A stretch of 248,000 nucleotides of DNA from Rhodosorus marinus CCMP1338 (lineage: Eukaryota; Plantae; Rhodophyta). The notes beneath the pieces are model-generated. The model was given only the letters and a program-made list of their open reading frames with translations. It made no database searches and was not told where the DNA came from. The position numbers were made by a program, and so were the translations under genes. The DNA is taken from assembly GCA_029953675.1 (NCBI GenBank), contig JAMWBK010000004.1, positions 1,012,001 to 1,260,000 of the forward strand, given 5' to 3'. Shown one piece after another: positions 183,701 to 196,759 of the stretch; position 1 is the stretch's first letter, and each line of letters opens with the position of its first letter.

Positions 183701-185364
183701 CTTTTGGGGGGGTTATGTGTGGCTGTGGCTTGCCCCATTAACCATGTGGAGCATCTTTCGCGCTGCTTTCTGTTGCGGAGCATCTCTTCTAATGCGCTGT
183801 TTGTCTTCGTTTTCATGATCTCGGGCCTTTTGTCTTTGAGTACACGATGATGATGTTATAATACTACAGCATGCTTTTTTTTGAACATTGACTTCTCCAG
183901 TCTGGTCCTTTGATTCCTCGAATTCTTTCAAGATCTGTTCTTTCTCAGTCTCAGATTAATCAAATTCATTCAATCACGGATTTGCGAGGCTTACAATTAG
184001 AATTTATTTCATTGTAGTAAAGTGTCACCCTATTATAATCGGAAAATCTCAGAATTTTGACTACCATATATTATTATTTGGAATTTTAAAGCGTATTCAA
184101 TCTTTATAAGTGCGCATATTGAGGAGACGTATAAATTGAGTTATGGATCATATAGATTGGTTTGGGGGTATATTTTTTAATTCGTTGTTTATCTAGAAGG
184201 TAAGCTGTCCAAAACATGCTCGCTTTTAGTCGATCAAGAACCCTCTTTCACTCCCTCTCCGATTAAACCATTCGTTCTTTCCGGGAAGGGTCCTTACTGG
184301 AGCAGGGCAAATTCCGCGCATGGCGAACGCTTTGTGATGCGCACTTGAGCCCGTTGAAAAGCTGGTTCTACCCTGAACTCATGATGTTGTTAATGCCTAT
184401 GATTCTGTACAAGGTGTTAATGGAAAACAGGGCTGGGTCAAGCACCTACAACTGCTAGATTGTGGTGCGTTCGTTGAAGAGCGAAAGAGAGAAAGAGAGA
184501 GTGGGGCTGGATAAGTCCCTAGCCTCTGCATTAGCCGATTTGAAGACGTTTGAAAATTTCGAAGGACATTTTGTCTTACGCTTGGTTTGGCCAACTGTAA
184601 TGCACATAGTTTAATGCTCTGCTTCTCACCGCCTGAAAGGTGAATGCTTAAATGCTCGATGTAGAGGGCGATGCTTTCAAACAGCGGTACTGAGCTGGCA
184701 ATCAATGTTGCCCCAGCGCGGCTCCAGTCTACCACGTCACGCATCGATGACTGAAATCTTGTGCTGCGGTGCTGTACATGCTCGATAGATTTCAGCAGTA
184801 TGTGATATTGCGATTAGCTAAGCAAACTGTACTGTCCTCCCCTTCTATCGAACCATACTCACAACGAGCTGGTAGTGGTGGTGGTTTTACTTGCATAGAG
184901 TTCAGCGCTACGCAGGGCGTGGTTTAAACTAGGAACGAGGAACGAGGAACGAGGAACGAAATTGTGCAAGCAAAGGCGACGGTACAGAGCCTCGGCTAAC
185001 GTCTAGAATATCGCCATAGGCGACTCTGAACCGGCGATAAGGACAAAATACTGGGCGGGAAGGTCAGTGAAACATTTACGAAGCCATTCTAAACTTGGAT
185101 TTTCAAGGTGACCAAAGCTTTCCACGATGAAACGCTAAAACCTTTGGGCCCTGCCCTCAGGGGGAAATTGGCCTTCCTTTCCCAGCGTATCGACACTCCT
185201 TATCTCGGCGGGCATAGCAGCTGCTGCAACCTGGCATAGCGCAGCAGACCGGAGATTGATATTTTGCACTGGGCAAGTGACGGCGAGGTCATCATATTCA
185301 CAGTGTGGGTCGCACTATCCAAAAATATTAGTCCAACGGATTTATTCGGAAAGTGTACTAATAG

Positions 185365-186774
185365 CTAGTTATCTATAATCCCAACAATGCCACCATATAG
185401 TCCCAATATTAGGGCCGTCAGTCCAAACATGATTAGTACCACGCTAAGTACAGTGAAAAGATGCTCCTTTCCCTTTCTCTCTCTGGCAAACGCGTAAATA
185501 TCAATACCCGCAGGCCAAAGCATCATGGTCTGAGAGGCAATCAGAGAAGAAATAAGAGCTAGATAGATCTGAAAAGATGGAATTACAGTATTCACAAGGG
185601 TTTCTAGTACAATCACAATGAGGGCCCATAAGAACCACCACAGCAACGCCGCAGGTTTCAAACTCGTCAGTTTTGCAACTTCGTATGGACCGTTGTCTTT
185701 GCCAAAAACAATCCGTTTAACGAACGGTTCAACGGCCCTCTGGACTCCATAGATCAGCACTTGACCCGTCACAATTACTGCAATCGCTGCGTGTATAACA
185801 ACACAGACATCGGCTACGATCGCAGCTGCTCCTGGCTGAAGCGAGTTCGTGAATGGAGACACCAGCCATGTCGCATCTCCCGCAAGCCCGTACACTACAG
185901 AACCAGTAGTCGCGTAGAACAGGTATGCAGAGGTCTGAGAAAAGACCAACGAGTATGGAAAATTCTTAATAAACTTCATCGCGCTCATAATCTCGAGGAA
186001 TACGACCGCGCCGGCAAAAGCGTACAGCATATCCATTGCGGCGATTACGCAATCCGATGTTCCGTAATACGAAAACAGTACTCGTTGCCCAACCGGATAC
186101 GCCACTGGATCCTTCACCATGCTCGCAATCACGAAGAAGGAAATTACAACTGGAACAATAATACTCACAATGGCGATGATAGAAGTGAACGCCATCGCTT
186201 TGAAGCTCCTCAGCTGCAGTACAACAAGTGAGATGAATCCAGCGATGACCATCCACTCCGTGAGAGATACTGCGGATCCGCTGAAAAGTGCACTCCATGC
186301 TTTAGCTTGCGTGTAGCTGAACGCGGCGGAGTACAAGAATAGGAGTGGGTATGTGTTGAATCGGGCGAAAACCAACCCCTTCTTCCCAAAGGCACCGTTG
186401 AACAATTCCGGGTACGAATGCACTCCTTCGTACTTCTGGTATCGCAAGCGCCAAAGAAGGAAACCCGCACACATCGAGAGCCCCCAGCACAGCAAAAGAG
186501 TAAGATGTCCTGGTATCCATCCTAGCGTCGCGAAAGCGTTTGGAATGCTCAACACTCCCGTACCAACCATGTCCACGACCAGCAAAAACATTGCAAGTGC
186601 AACGCTCAGATTCTCGCAGGTATCATCTACGGCGTCTCCGCTCTCGATGTCTTTCCTATGCTCCACTGCTTCCTTCAAGTCATTAAGCGAGTCATCGGTG
186701 ACACTGGCCACGTCCACAACGACGGCGCTCTTCAAAGTACACTCCTCACCAAGCTTAGAATCAATTGATGCCAT
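185365..186774 (-). CDS. AAAP permease paralog 3
   Basis: 469 aa, nearly identical to paralog 1 including flanks. Confidence 0.92.
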   Translation of the reverse strand: MASIDSKLGEECTLKSAVVVDVASVTDDSLNDLKEAVEHRKDIESGDAVDDTCENLSVALAMFLLVVDMVGTGVLSIPNAFATLGWIPGHLTLLLCWGLSMCAGFLLWRLRYQKYEGVHSYPELFNGAFGKKGLVFARFNTYPLLFLYSAAFSYTQAKAWSALFSGSAVSLTEWMVIAGFISLVVLQLRSFKAMAFTSIIAIVSIIVPVVISFFVIASMVKDPVAYPVGQRVLFSYYGTSDCVIAAMDMLYAFAGAVVFLEIMSAMKFIKNFPYSLVFSQTSAYLFYATTGSVVYGLAGDATWLVSPFTNSLQPGAAAIVADVCVVIHAAIAVIVTGQVLIYGVQRAVEPFVKRIVFGKDNGPYEVAKLTSLKPAALLWWFLWALIVIVLETLVNTVIPSFQIYLALISSLIASQTMMLWPAGIDIYAFARERKGKEHLFTVLSVVLIMFGLTALILGLYGGIVGIIDN

Positions 186775-189199
186775 TTTTCTGCACTATTTTCATTCACAAT
186801 ATTTCTCAGCCACTGATGCCGTCCTAGACAGCAGGTCAGTCTTAAACGCTGATGAAGAGTGACTATAAATCCTCTTCGTGAGAAGTTCGCATAGCATGCT
186901 CGTTCCGGAGCTCGCTATTGTGCTCTGCGGGGAATAGCTGATCTCATCTACAGGAAACCTGCAAAATCCCGAAATAGCACCCAAGTATTCATAGCGCTCC
187001 GGGAAAGAGCCCGAAGTGATCAGCCCATTGCGTATGCTTACCGCCGTGAGCTAAGAGCATATTGGTTTAACTTGCTAGTCGCAATTGGCGGGTTCACATG
187101 TTTGTCAATCAATGGAGTTTATTGACAACATGAGTGGACACATGTTTATCAATCGATGGAGTTTCTTGATAAGATTCGTGGACTGCTAACTATCTCAGCC
187201 GACAGCAGTCCATTTCTACCTATCACGTTTTCCTAGCGCTATATGGGTTGAACTTCAAAACTCGAGAAAGTCCTTCCGAGCACGCGCAAGTCTCATCTTG
187301 TGCTGACTTGTTTCTACGATTATTCCGCAGGTCATGTGGTCCGAAATACAACTTGTTGCTAGGGTTACTAGGTGCGTAGGATCAAGCACCACGTTGTGTC
187401 AAGGGGGTTACTTCAGTTGCTGTGCTCCAAACCTTTCGTTGCGAGGGTTCTTCGTGGAATATCCACAGCGAGCAAAGCCGAAATTCGAAGTGCAGCAAGA
187501 ACCCAATCATAATAGAACTGTAAACGGTACGCCCAATCAGAATACCACTGTAACTCTGCGTCCAATCAAAAGCCAACCTCTCAGCAGGCCGTGTCAAGGC
187601 CCAAAAATATATATAATAGACAAAATGTTCGTTTTCTCGGAGGAACGTTTCTATTCGGAGAAAGAACCGAGGGAGAAAACAAAAATGGTACTGAAGGCGA
187701 TCTGCTAGCAGCATATTAACTGAGGTTGGTTTACCGGCGTCTTGGTTTGTATGTTTTACTGCCTTATGTCTAGTTTGCATTACTCCGTACCGCTTACGAC
187801 TGTGGCAGTAAACTACCACCACCACAACTAAAGGAGAAAATCGCGCGGTCTCCAAAACTGAAGCAGCGTTAATACGCCACGTGTGATTTCATTCATTCCT
187901 TCCATTAATACGGCACAACAGGAAACTTAAACGGATAAACTGCGAGGAGAGCCGGTCGCGTCGGCGGAACACCTCTCGCAATGCATTTCCTTTGGGGTGG
188001 CAAAGCCCGTGAGTGATAGCTTGTATGTTTTCATTCGAGTGCTAGTGGTGCGGTGCGTTGTGCGTTTTATTCAATAGACCTTCGGCTTTAGGTCATCGTC
188101 TGGTAGCTTTCTCAATTTAGTGTTTTGGCTTTATGGACTCCGTTGGTTGCCATTGGCTTCGCGAATTGTTCCTCTGAGCATCCCACACATGCTTTCCTCG
188201 TTTTCAACCCGTTTAGTCTTTCTTCAGTAATCTTTCTTCAGTCTCCAAATAGACACGTTCATTCGTGCTATGTAACGGCCGAATAAAAGTTTGCTGCTAG
188301 AGCAGACATAGTGCTACCAGTGCCCTGCGCGAGGTAACTGCTGAATAAAAGCTACAGGGTTGCTCAGATCTGACGAGCTTATTGGTTAAAACACGAGCCG
188401 TTTAGCCGTTAGCCTCTCCGAAACAAAGCAAAGGTTTCAGTCCCTCCAAAACAAGCTAAAGAGCTGTCAGAGGGAAGCATTGCAATAGAAAAATTTCCAC
188501 TTCTCCAGCTGGCGAAAATTGTTCTCTAAAATAGGATATGTACTCAATGAAAATGCTTTTTTACGTAATTTGCTGTAGGAGCTTAAAATAGAAACACGTG
188601 CCCTTTCGGAATGGAGAACTAAGAGAGAAAAATGCTGAAGGTCGGCATTTTTGGAAAAAGTACTCTAAAATGAGATATGGGGCGAGGCCCGTTTTTCAAA
188701 CAATCGTTGTTTTTAACCAATAATTTTTGGAAGAGCTTAAAATAGAATAACGGGCCCCCGGGGGCAATGGGGCAGCGAAGCATGCCTCATTAAAGGGGGC
188801 AGCCATACGGTAGTGTAAACTTTCGATGGGTCATAGTTGATTTTCTGGGCACAATGAATGAATGAATTTACTTTATCGGAGGCTGAAAAAAACAAACCCG
188901 AGGAGCAAAAAAGGACTAAGCACGGCGAAGATCGCACGCCTCCAACATCAAAGCAGCGTTCATACGCCACAGCCAGAAACTTAACCGGGTAAACAACGAG
189001 GACAGACGGTTAGTGCACTGGGGCAGGCCCGAAGATGAATGTATTCAATACATACATGAAAAAGTTGTACCATTGATATATGCTTTACTACAACGAAAAC
189101 AATATATCGATGTGAGAATAAATTGATTGCCCCATTGACAAATGAACTATTGAACTGAAATCCAATACAAAGATGGACCTGCTACTTGAAAGGCCGGCA

Positions 189200-191780
189200 G
189201 TCTTTCATGAACGGGTGTGATGCGTACGCAAAACGTAAAAGGAACTAAGCGCTAGGAAGAAGAGCATGTAAGCCCCAAGCGACGGCGGCGCGCCTCGGCG
189301 AGCATGTTGCTAGAATACCGCTGAGTGCGATACTTAAACGGCGGAGGAGCACCAGATATTCTCCGGGATGTTCGGTAAAACGCTTACGAGCCTGAAGGCC
189401 CAGGGGAACGTCTCCGGCGGGAGGTACGGAGAATTTCCTCCAAATCGGACTCGCGAAGCGTCATATCTATGCGAAGTGGGCCAACTCTGGTCGGTCGAGA
189501 AGGGCAGCAAAATTGGGCTGGACCTCCACATCGGACCACGGAAATAAGGCGGATACCAGTTCCGCCAGGTCATCATAGGGGAGGACAGGCGCCGGTCCCT
189601 CCAAAACCGGTACCCCTCGACTCAAATCGCCAACCTCCCCAACTTTTTGCACCCGAGCCGTCACTTGCGAGGCACCCGTGGACTGGGCCGTGCGCGCCGA
189701 GGCCTCGAGCGACGTCATACACAAACTTTTGCAAAACCTCAAATTCCCCTCGCAGGACCATTGCGGCCGGTCCCGGACATGCCAGCTACGCGCTGATGTG
189801 CGAGCAGGGGCCAGGATCAAACGCGGCATTATCCCCAAGAATTCCCATATAACCACATCCCGCAGATTGCGGGCCAAACCCGCAAATATGAAGTCCAAAA
189901 TACACCCAGCCTGTAAGAGCTCCTTGCAAGGCAGTACTACCGGTGGAATCCGGCCCCTCGGAGGAAGTGCGCCCCCAAACGAAGAAACCCACCTCCGAAG
190001 CCAACTCCGAAACTGCGTCCTCCAAACACCCCGGTTCCCTCCCACCTGCTCAACGTTACCCTTTAGGTCCAGGGGCTGCGACAACGCAGCCGTACCAGAG
190101 GAGCTAACGATCGTTCTCCCCCTTAGACCCTGGGGAGTCGGTCCTTACTCGCTTGCCTCGTAGTCGCACTAAGGTATTGGCTCTTCCACTGCGCGAGGCG
190201 CGCGTGCATATGCCCGGGGCGTCCACGAGGCTCGTTGGAGTATCCTCCACCGATATTCCATCCAGCTCCCGTTCATTGTCCCCCTCCACGGAGGTAGTGG
190301 TGGCGCTTGAACCCTCAAGCACGTCCATGCGCTGTAAATCCCCCTTGTAGCGCGACTGCAATACCAACGGCCGCTCTCGATCAAAGAGAATCGACACCGC
190401 CTCACGAAGATGGCGCGGACCGGACCGAAATCGCACCAACAGGAGCCTCTCAAGGAGGTGAATACGGAACCAACGGATGGCCGCCGCCTTCACACTGCAC
190501 TCCCTCTCAGAAGTCCGGCAATCTGTCCCGGTGCCAGGAAATGCCCCGAGAAACGGTCAAAGGCAAAATGGAGCAACACCTGGGGGTTCTCGCGTAACCA
190601 GCGGGCACTTACTGGCCACAGGTCTGTTGGCTTAGGAAGCAGCGCCTGAAGATACGCGTCTGCAGTCGATGTCACAACGAACAGAACACCGCGTCCCTCG
190701 TAGTTTGCGAAAAAGAAATCCTCGCGCTTGCAGTCCATTGATTCCGAAAAGGTATGTCTAAAATCCGGCGTTGACGGGACCTGTCCCCGTGTGGGCTCCG
190801 GACGCACATTGCGCACCCAAAGAAATTCCAAAACTGTTGCCGAGTTTCCCTCAGTCTCCTCACGCGGTGGTAAAAACCGGACCATTGCAGCTGTTCGCGC
190901 TGAAACGTTAGCGCCGTGCCTCGACACCGAACAGTACGAGGGAGCCCCCCTCGGGACACCTCCTTAACCTGGGTGGAGGGGACCTAACTGCTGAATGTCC
191001 TGCCAACGTAGGGTAAAAATCTTCACATACGTCTAAAACGGCGCCCGTAGGTGGACCATCTCGGTCAGCACCAGTCCCCGAACACGGGTACTTGTTGGGA
191101 ACCCCCTTTCCATAAGCAAAATCCACACTGTCCCGAGCGGATTCAACAGCCCTCGCCTGTCCCGGGACAAGTGCATATTGACTGATCCCTGATTTTGACT
191201 GCTTCATGCCTTGCGGCCAGCGTGGCCACGTGGTCCGCCGTCAGCCCCGATTCCAGCGCACAGAGACGCAGAGTGAGCTGCGGTAGGACGCCCTTATCCC
191301 CGGCGGCGGTGACCAAACTGGTCACTGCCGACAAAAGGACACGCATTTGTGTGCCAGACGCACCCTGCAGATCCACCACCGTCGAGAACGTGCCTGAGCT
191401 CAGGTAAACTCGAATTCCGCTGCTGTCAACACCTCCTTGCTGTGAAGCTCCGTGCCCAAGGGAGCGGGGCCCGGGGAGACCCCAACCATCACGAGAGAGT
191501 GTGGTGAGGAAACTTTCCACAAAAGAACCCCGGCCAAAAACCAACCCAACCCAACCCGAAAAGAAAAAGACCGCACAACGCACCCCCAATAAGAGAGAAA
191601 GCCGAAGGCGCAAACCACACAACGCGAAACAACGGAAGAAGAGAGAAAGCCCCAGGCGAAATCCACACAACGCGAAACAGCGGGGGGAAAGGCAACAAAA
191701 GGAAGCGCCTCCCATGGAAGAACACAATCGTGACCGAAAACGACTCAATTCCCGAACCTCGAGAACTCAAAAACCAAAAC
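189200..191780 (-). mobile_element. Divergent family B-type element 5' half (UTR, ORF1, ORF2 start) joined to a 3' tip
   Basis: FLWVRNVRPEPTRGQVPS ORF1 core; ORF2 start MSQPLDL. Confidence 0.8.
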
Positions 191781-192787
191781 CCGTCGTCTACAGAGTTTTA
191801 GGTACTTCATTGAATGAATTTGTTTTATTGGATAAAGGCCACAGAAGACCAGCTTCTCAGCTTCTTCTGCAGCGAACCACACCCCCCAAATCAAGTATTG
191901 AATGAATCAAGTATTGTGGCATCAGAATCTGAACGAAGAGGTTGGAATCGTCGACATGGCTTCCCAATGAGGCCATTGTTCTTTTGAGGAATTGCGTCTA
192001 TTTATTCAAATTTGTTTATTTCTTAATGTCCGTACGAAGGTATTTATATCGGCGAAACATAGACTTCACTAGAGAGTCCTTTAGTGAAGTGTTCACGGTC
192101 AAATTGTTGCGACATATCACGCAGGTTGGACCCCTGGAGACCCTGAAAGCAACACTACTCTGGAGCCAGATTCTCTACCGACCATCGGAGCACAACTGCA
192201 ACCTTGGGAAGTGCTCACTCTTCGGCTGTCACCCTGCCCCCAGACTGCTCACCCGAGATACCTGTAGGCGTGACCGTTTCACGAGCGGGCGTGACCATCC
192301 ACTCCATCCGGATTGGGACAAGGCAATATGGAAGAAGCCCAACGACAACTGCAAAATACACATGCCAAACCTTTCGAGGAGATTGCACATACCTTCGTCC
192401 GCAAGAACTGACCACCTCTGTTGCGCTTTTAATCAGAGACTAGACCTGACTACACATTGCGGACACTGGCGTTTCAATTTGGGCGCACATTGGCACGCGA
192501 AGCGGACTCCCTGTCGAGGTTACATCTCGAATAGGTTACTTGGATGCTGTAAACTTCGGCTGAATAAGACCCGGATGGTACACACCCTGTCTGGAAGCAA
192601 GTGGAGTCTCTGCAGATGAGGTGGCCTGGGCTTTGTCACACGACGACGAACCCAACCTATTGCATTCTGTACTGGATGGTTTAATACTTCCAAGTTAATC
192701 AAGGGCACTGGCCCTGCCTAGAACTGGTCAAACAACGGACCCTCGAAGCTTCCCTACCAGCCGACAGCAAAACCCCCCTCGCCTACA

Positions 192788-194300
192788 TGGACTTTACTGG
192801 ACTTTACTAGCATAGCCTGAAGCGCTACGCAAGGCGTGAAGATGAACTAATAACTAGGGAGGGAAGTATGCAACCCCAGGCGCCGATGGCGCGCCTCGGA
192901 AAGCATGTCGCTGGAATATCGCCAAAGGGAGACACTTAAACGCCTCAAGAGCGCCAAATATTCAGTAGGATGCTCAGCAAAACATTTCCGCAACCACTCT
193001 AAACCCGACTTATCGACGTGACCAAAGCTTTCCACAATGAATGGCTGGAACCGGTGAGAGCGACCCTCAGCGCAAGGCAGACTGGCCATGCTCTCAGCAT
193101 ACCGTCGTTCCTTAACTCTTCGAAGGGCTGAAGCCGCGGCCCCCCGGCGGCGGGCGGCTGCGGTGAGGTGGGCGCTGGCCACGGGGCAGGTAATCGCAAG
193201 GTCCACATATGTTGAGCGTCTGACAGCAGCGTCAGAGACGAGGAGATCGGCTATACAACGGGGCGGTGCAGAGTCCGAGATTGATCTGGGCAGTTCCGAC
193301 TCAACCTCAACCGTATGCCCTATCCGAGTCAAAAATTCGCTGAGGATGTACTTGAGGCGAGTGTGACGCCTCGTACGGAGACTTTACTAGCATAGCCTGA
193401 AGCGCTACGCAAGGCGTGAAGATGAACTAATAACTAGGGAGGGAAGCATGCAACCCCAGGCGCCGATGGCGCGCCTCGGAAAGCATGTCGCTGGAATATC
193501 GCCAAAGGGAGACACTTAAACGCCTCAAGAGCGCCAAATATTCAGTAGGATGCTCGGCAAAACATTTCCGCAACCACTCTAAACCCGACTTATCGACGTG
193601 ACCAAAGCTTTCCACAATGAACGGCTGGAACCGGTGAGAGAAACCCTCAGCGCAAGGCAGACTGGCCATGCTCTCAGCATACCGTCGTTCCTTAACTCTT
193701 CGAAGGGCTGAAGCCGCGGCCCCCCGGCGGCGGGCTGCTGCGGTGAGGTGGGCGCTGGCCACGGGGCAGGTAATCGCAAGGTCCACATATGTTGAGCGTC
193801 TGGCAGCAGCGTCGGAGACGAGGAGATCGGCTATACAACGGGGCGGTGCAGAGTCCGAGATTGATCTGGGCAGTTCCGACTCAACCTCAACCGCATGTCC
193901 TATCCGAGTCAAAAATTCGCTGAGGATGTACTTGAGGCGAGTGTGACGCCTCGTACGGAGACCTTTCAACAGTCCGCAGGAACCCAGGAAGTGGTAGCCA
194001 CAAGCGTCAATCCGGCTCTCACATCCCTGACAGAAAGACGGCCGATTAGAGTGCCACGGAGCCTGTGGCAAACCGAGATAGATCCGTGCGGCAGAACGGA
194101 ACTGGAAAGCATCGAGACGATGACTCAATGACGACGGTAGAGTGGTTAACCACAAGTGCGAGAGACGGCCTCCCATGCCGAGGAGACGAGCGGCAGTGGT
194201 AGGCGGCGTGAGAGGAGAATTGAGCATGACTGTGTGAGCGGCACTGTGTTGGCCCCAGGTGAGGCTATGTTGAATCACATCAGTGCGGGAGCTATGACGG
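192788..194300 (-). mobile_element. Head-to-tail tandem family B 3' fragments
   Basis: ORFs 192847-193332 and 193427-194317; junction lies within the tail. Confidence 0.9.
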
Positions 194301-194492
194301 AACAACTCCGTACGCAAATCCTCTGCGCAAGCGCAGGGAAACGGAGAAGGCTCGGGGAGGAAACTCTTCCGAGCAGCCTGCTGGTTGAGGGTTAATAGAG
194401 CCTCCTAGGATTGCAATTTGTTCTTCCTTGTATATGGAATCATGTTTTTACTTTGAAACGGGACTGGGCAGATTCTTCGAAAAGTTGAGCTC

Positions 194493-195053
194493 TCAAGCCA
194501 TACCTGCTTTGCAAGCCTCTAGATCAGCTTCAAGCGTTAGGACGAGGAGCTTTTTTGCATCTCTTTGCTCTTCTATGTCGGCGACCACTGACTCCCGTGC
194601 TTCAAAGCGGCTCCTATACAGATCGGCTTGGGCTTGCGCCTTTTCAATCTTACCGATTCTGAAATCGATCGTAGCCTGCCTGCGGTCAATTTTCGCCTGG
194701 AACTCAGCTATTCGAACGATGTTACGGGCGATCCTTTCTTCCTTGTCGTCCGAGGATATCTCCCCTGCCAATAGTTTCCTGTTTATCTCCTCAAATCTTG
194801 CCAGCCATCCTTCCGAGATAGATCTCTGCTCAATTAGCCGACCAAGGTATACTTCGTTTTGTCTGGCCTTGTCCTCCCAACTACGTATTCTGCGACCGAC
194901 ACGGCGTTGTATTTGCCGCAATTCTACTAGCTCATTCGCAAGACCTCCGAGGGAGGTTTTGCTCCTACCAAGCTCCTTCATAAGCTCGTCACATTCTCCG
195001 AGCGCTATTCCAACCGACAGGAATATCAACACGCAGGCGATTTGCGGCTTCAT
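194493..195053 (-). CDS. Small secreted coiled-coil protein
   Basis: Signal peptide; heptad-rich, charged helix. Confidence 0.65.
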   Translation of the reverse strand: MKPQIACVLIFLSVGIALGECDELMKELGRSKTSLGGLANELVELRQIQRRVGRRIRSWEDKARQNEVYLGRLIEQRSISEGWLARFEEINRKLLAGEISSDDKEERIARNIVRIAEFQAKIDRRQATIDFRIGKIEKAQAQADLYRSRFEARESVVADIEEQRDAKKLLVLTLEADLEACKAGMA

Positions 195054-196759
195054 CTCAGTTGTGTGGATTCGTGAAATGACCCCAAAAACGCGCAGACAAT
195101 TTTCATGGTTAACCTATTCTGACCACCAGTCTCCTCGTCTCTGCTTCTCCCCCTCACCTCAGTCCCACTTATTCTACGAAACGTACCCAGTGCGACTTGA
195201 GGACCTAATCACATACAACTTCCATAAGCCGACTCTTATATAGAGCAAGCTACCCAGAATTCCATTGACTTCAATCGCAATATACAAGCCACTATACGAG
195301 CCGCACTGTTTAGATTAAGATTTAGCCAAGCTCTCTCGAGTTCTAGTCCTCACACAATGCATCAGTCCCAAACCAGCTGTGAGAAAGAAAAACTCAAAAC
195401 ACCCCGCTACGCGAATTGTTACGAGTTTAGCCGCATCCAGAATTACACACACCTCCATCTAGGAGTGCGCACAACTCCGTCCAGAGGAGTACACGTAAAG
195501 CCAGTCGCTCCCAGAAGCATATCTGTAAACAGCACGCTATACATTAATTTGAATGAATCTGTTTCATCGGAAATTAGTTTGGGGTCAGTAGTCCACCCAC
195601 TCATCCAGTTTGGGGTTAGGACTTTGGAATATTGACGCTGTAATGCTGAAGTTGGATTCTTTAAAAGCGGTTGATTTGCATATATGACATTACGAGAGGC
195701 TTTGCCTGCAGATGGATGGGGCTCGGAAACTGAACCCGAAGATCACCCCCTTCGAGCACCAACGCTGTTTCCATACAAGAACAAAATTAGCAGGAGTTCA
195801 TATTCTGGTAAGCTTTTTCTTCCAAATTCAAACCACTGGGGGAGGCGAGTGTCCTAAGGGGCGACTCTCCCCAATTGAGAGCTTGGGTGAGGACAATTAC
195901 TTGCACAAACTTCACGGTCCAATGGGGGGCTCCCTACATAAAATTCTCAAGAGCGACCTACGTAAAAACTGGAATCCCCCCTTGGACCACCCAGGAAAGG
196001 GTTAGATTCCTCATCTGTAGCATCTTGTTTTACAATATTGTATATTGTGGTCTTTCATAGTGTGTAGCAGTCTATCTTCTTTTAAGATAATTTCGTCGTG
196101 TGTGTTGCGATAATTGGAGCGCTGGCTCCGGTTTGAGAAGATTTGAGATTGGATGTTTTGACTTTCCTAGGGTGTCTGGATACTTTACCATAATTCGATG
196201 ACTGGCGCTCAAGGCGAATACTGTGCGGCAACAGCACTTTCCAGCTGGTAATTCTGGTATTTTCTCTGGGTGAGAACAACGTAGAGCTTACAGTTCGATT
196301 CTGAAAGGGATGTTCGAGAAGAGCCCCTTTTTTGAAGATAATCAAGATTGCTTGTGGGAGTGGCGCCCGTCAGGTACGTATCAATTAGAAAGATTGCTGC
196401 CAAAAAACACACTGATGATTCGGGAGTTGTTCCGCCAACGCCCTGACCGCCTGTCCTCGTGGTTTACCCATTTAAGTTTCTTGCTGGGGCGTATGGCGCT
196501 GCTTTGATGCTGGAGGTGCGCGATCTTCGCCGCGCATAATTTGTTCTTCCCCCTCCGGGGTTTTTCTTTCACTATCCGATTAAACAAATTCATTCAGATA
196601 GATCTACTGTCCATCGGTTTTCGGAAACCGCATCACACAAAAAAGTCAAACCCGAATCAACCCAGAACTGTTGGTTGATAAAAAAAAGACCATCCATCTA
196701 AAAACAGCAAGGGGCTCGTCTAGGTTGGATGCTGAAGAAATTCGTAAGACGATCGGTTG

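Noticed and set aside
191990-192100. GIY-YIG (Penelope-like) motif GIYIGET
   Set aside because: The same bases match the family F CRE 3' end (tagagagtcctttagt.aag.gttcacgg), and downstream DNA encodes a CRE-type RT C-terminus; no Penelope RT found.
194428-195243. 271-aa plus-strand ORF
   Set aside because: Antisense shadow of the signal-peptide coiled-coil gene on the minus strand.
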